A stretch of DNA of 64,000 nucleotides from a virus (taxonomy: Duplodnaviria; Caudoviricetes): the IMG/VR virus record IMGVR_UViG_3300037501_000255; one strand, 5' to 3'. The notes below the pieces were generated by a model. That model was not told the DNA's origin, did not search any database, and saw nothing but the letters and a program-made list of their open reading frames with translations. Shown one piece after another: positions 62,467 to 64,000 of the stretch (its first letter is position 1; the number at the start of each line of letters is the position of its first letter). Made by a program: the position numbers and the translations under genes.

Positions 62467-63540
62467 CTACTCTCCAATCTTCAATAGGAATGCGTTGTTG
62501 ATTGCCTTGAATGATGTGCGAGCGGCGCCGCCACCATTGAATGCAGTCAGCACAGGAGAGCGGCACTCCGTGGTAGGACGAATGACGATGCCTTCACGAG
62601 GATGTCCGTTTGCGTACTTACCCTCCGCACGTTTGAGAATCGACTCCAGTGTCTCATCCAGCGGCCCTACCCATTCAATCGGAACCGTAGGAATACCGGC
62701 CATGTCACAGAAGTGCAGGAAGTCTCGGAAGTCGAGAAAATCCTGACGCTCAATCGAGTATACCTGAAAGGCGTAGAATTCTTTCTGCTTCAATCCAATG
62801 CGATTCGCCTGAATACCTGGACCACAGAACTCTCCCTGCACTGCGAATCCCTGCGGAATTCGCTCGAAAATGCGCAACTGTCGGGCCATTTGCCAGTGCG
62901 GAGAATCTGGCAAATCCTTGACCGCGTAGTTGCGCATGCAGACTTTATGAGTGTCGACCCCGCCGTCGTTGTACCGGGCAAACGTCAAACTCTGCCCGTC
63001 CATCTTGACTGCGATGTAGCACTCCGCACCACGCAATTCATCTAGAATTTCCGGCACAGCCTGTACGCGCGTCTCGTCAGTCTTTGGGAATAGGTGCGTG
63101 GGAAAGGCGCCCCCGACTTCGCGGGCAGATGCATGAATCGGCGGCTTCCATTTGGTAACACCCAGAGCCTCGGTTACATCAAGGCCCTCAGTAGGGGTGA
63201 TGCCCGCAGGGAGAATAGATACAGGTAGGGCAAGACCCTGTGAAAGCACTCCGCGCAGACGCTTCGAACGAAGCTTGAAGTTGTCAGGCCGAGGTACTCG
63301 GGGCTGAGGGATAGCGGTGCCATGTTCATCCACCTTGGGTGAGGGCTGCCAGAGGAAGTCGAACGTTGCAGTGTCGGGAGGAACACTGTCAATCTCGAGG
63401 AATACGCAAAGGTCATCGGGTCGGAAGTTGCCTTTGCCCGACACCAACTGCCAGCCTAGTACCTTCAACCGTTCGATCTTGTCCGCGCCCCCGATAGGAT
63501 CGACGGATCGCACACGCTGCACAGAGGCGAGTTTACGCAT
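62467..63540 (-). CDS. RNA ligase (DRB0094/Rnl5-like) with an N-terminal OB domain
   Basis: MRKLASVQ, CVFLEIDS, FPKTDETRVQ, AVKMDGQS (KxDG), QGEFCGPGIQ, EGIVIR and SFKAINN motifs. Confidence 0.92.
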   Translation of the reverse strand: MRKLASVQRVRSVDPIGGADKIERLKVLGWQLVSGKGNFRPDDLCVFLEIDSVPPDTATFDFLWQPSPKVDEHGTAIPQPRVPRPDNFKLRSKRLRGVLSQGLALPVSILPAGITPTEGLDVTEALGVTKWKPPIHASAREVGGAFPTHLFPKTDETRVQAVPEILDELRGAECYIAVKMDGQSLTFARYNDGGVDTHKVCMRNYAVKDLPDSPHWQMARQLRIFERIPQGFAVQGEFCGPGIQANRIGLKQKEFYAFQVYSIERQDFLDFRDFLHFCDMAGIPTVPIEWVGPLDETLESILKRAEGKYANGHPREGIVIRPTTECRSPVLTAFNGGGAARTSFKAINNAFLLKIGE

Positions 63541-63723
63541 TTACTTTCCCTAGATATTGACGGGTTTTCCGTCTGCCGTCTGAAAGAACATGGCGCCGGG
63601 ACCGTTACCCTCTGCGTCACATTGGATAACAACGCACACGCCATTGTCAAGGATCAGGATTGGACTCCCACGATCCTGTGCCCATTGAGCGCCTTGGCAA
63701 CTGCAGCTTCGTACTTACTCATA

Positions 63724-64000
63724 TCACCACCACGATGTGTAATAGACCGCGCGACCCTGCGCAATCAGTTTTCGCGCCTCTGCAACAAATTCCAAATCTT
63801 CAGCGGCCTCATCTTCAGTACCCTGCGAACGACCGAAGAAAGACCCCGTGGTTTCCGGAAGCGCGCCACTCTTGATGTCTGCCTCCAAACGATCGAGATC
63901 CTCCGGCAGAAGCCGTACCGGAATGCAGTTGAAGCTCTCAGCCGTACCACCCTTCTCGCGGTATAGTTCCTCCATCCAACCATGAAGATTAGGGTGTTTG
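63724..64000 (-). CDS. Conserved phage hypothetical protein (5' end outside the window)
   Basis: HPNLHGWMEELY...FNC...EDLDRLE...TTGSFFG...YYTSWW pattern. Confidence 0.65.
   Translation of the reverse strand, partial: KHPNLHGWMEELYREKGGTAESFNCIPVRLLPEDLDRLEADIKSGALPETTGSFFGRSQGTEDEAAEDLEFVAEARKLIAQGRAVYYTSWW

Noticed and set aside
1-64000. Genome-wide TAG-to-Gln recoding (code 15)
   Set aside because: Long genes are intact in code 11, and conserved enzymes (DNA ligase, RNA ligase, MnmA) stop at TAG at their natural C-termini. Only the scattered in-frame TAGs were kept as a weaker finding.
1-64000. A Ro60/TROVE or RtcB gene to accompany the Y-like RNAs
   Set aside because: No ORF of suitable size or motif is visible; any partner must lie outside the window or be host-encoded.

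Overview
A 64-kb segment of a very large (jumbo/huge) bacteriophage genome. It is densely packed, mostly minus-strand, with many small hypothetical genes and no structural or core replication module. The host is probably a myxobacterium (inference). The first ~14 kb is a tRNA/ncRNA island with about 15 recognisable tRNA genes, and a tmRNA lies at 34.6-34.9 kb. The middle holds a tRNA/RNA-repair and stress toolkit: two RNA ligases, an RlaP-like nucleotidyltransferase, two 2H phosphoesterases, HAD and metallo-phosphatases, MnmA, a macrodomain, an HD hydrolase, ClpB, UvsE, DNA ligase and several proteases. Two RNA systems stand out. (1) Two tRNA-Leu genes are each split between anticodon positions 34 and 35 by an exactly 44-nt insert that is itself a CCA-ending tRNA minihelix (acceptor stem + T arm), which suggests tRNA splicing driven by tRNA-processing enzymes plus ligation. 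(2) Nine copies of a Y-RNA-like Ro60-binding bulged helix (GGUCCGA...UUAUC / CUUGACC) occur in three topologies: free Y-like RNAs, circularly permuted helices grafted into tRNA scaffolds in place of the anticodon arm, and one inside a ~325-nt structured RNA. Many conserved genes carry homopolymer frameshifts, so the assembly probably has indel errors and single-base details need read-level confirmation. All family assignments come from motif recognition by eye; no searches were run.
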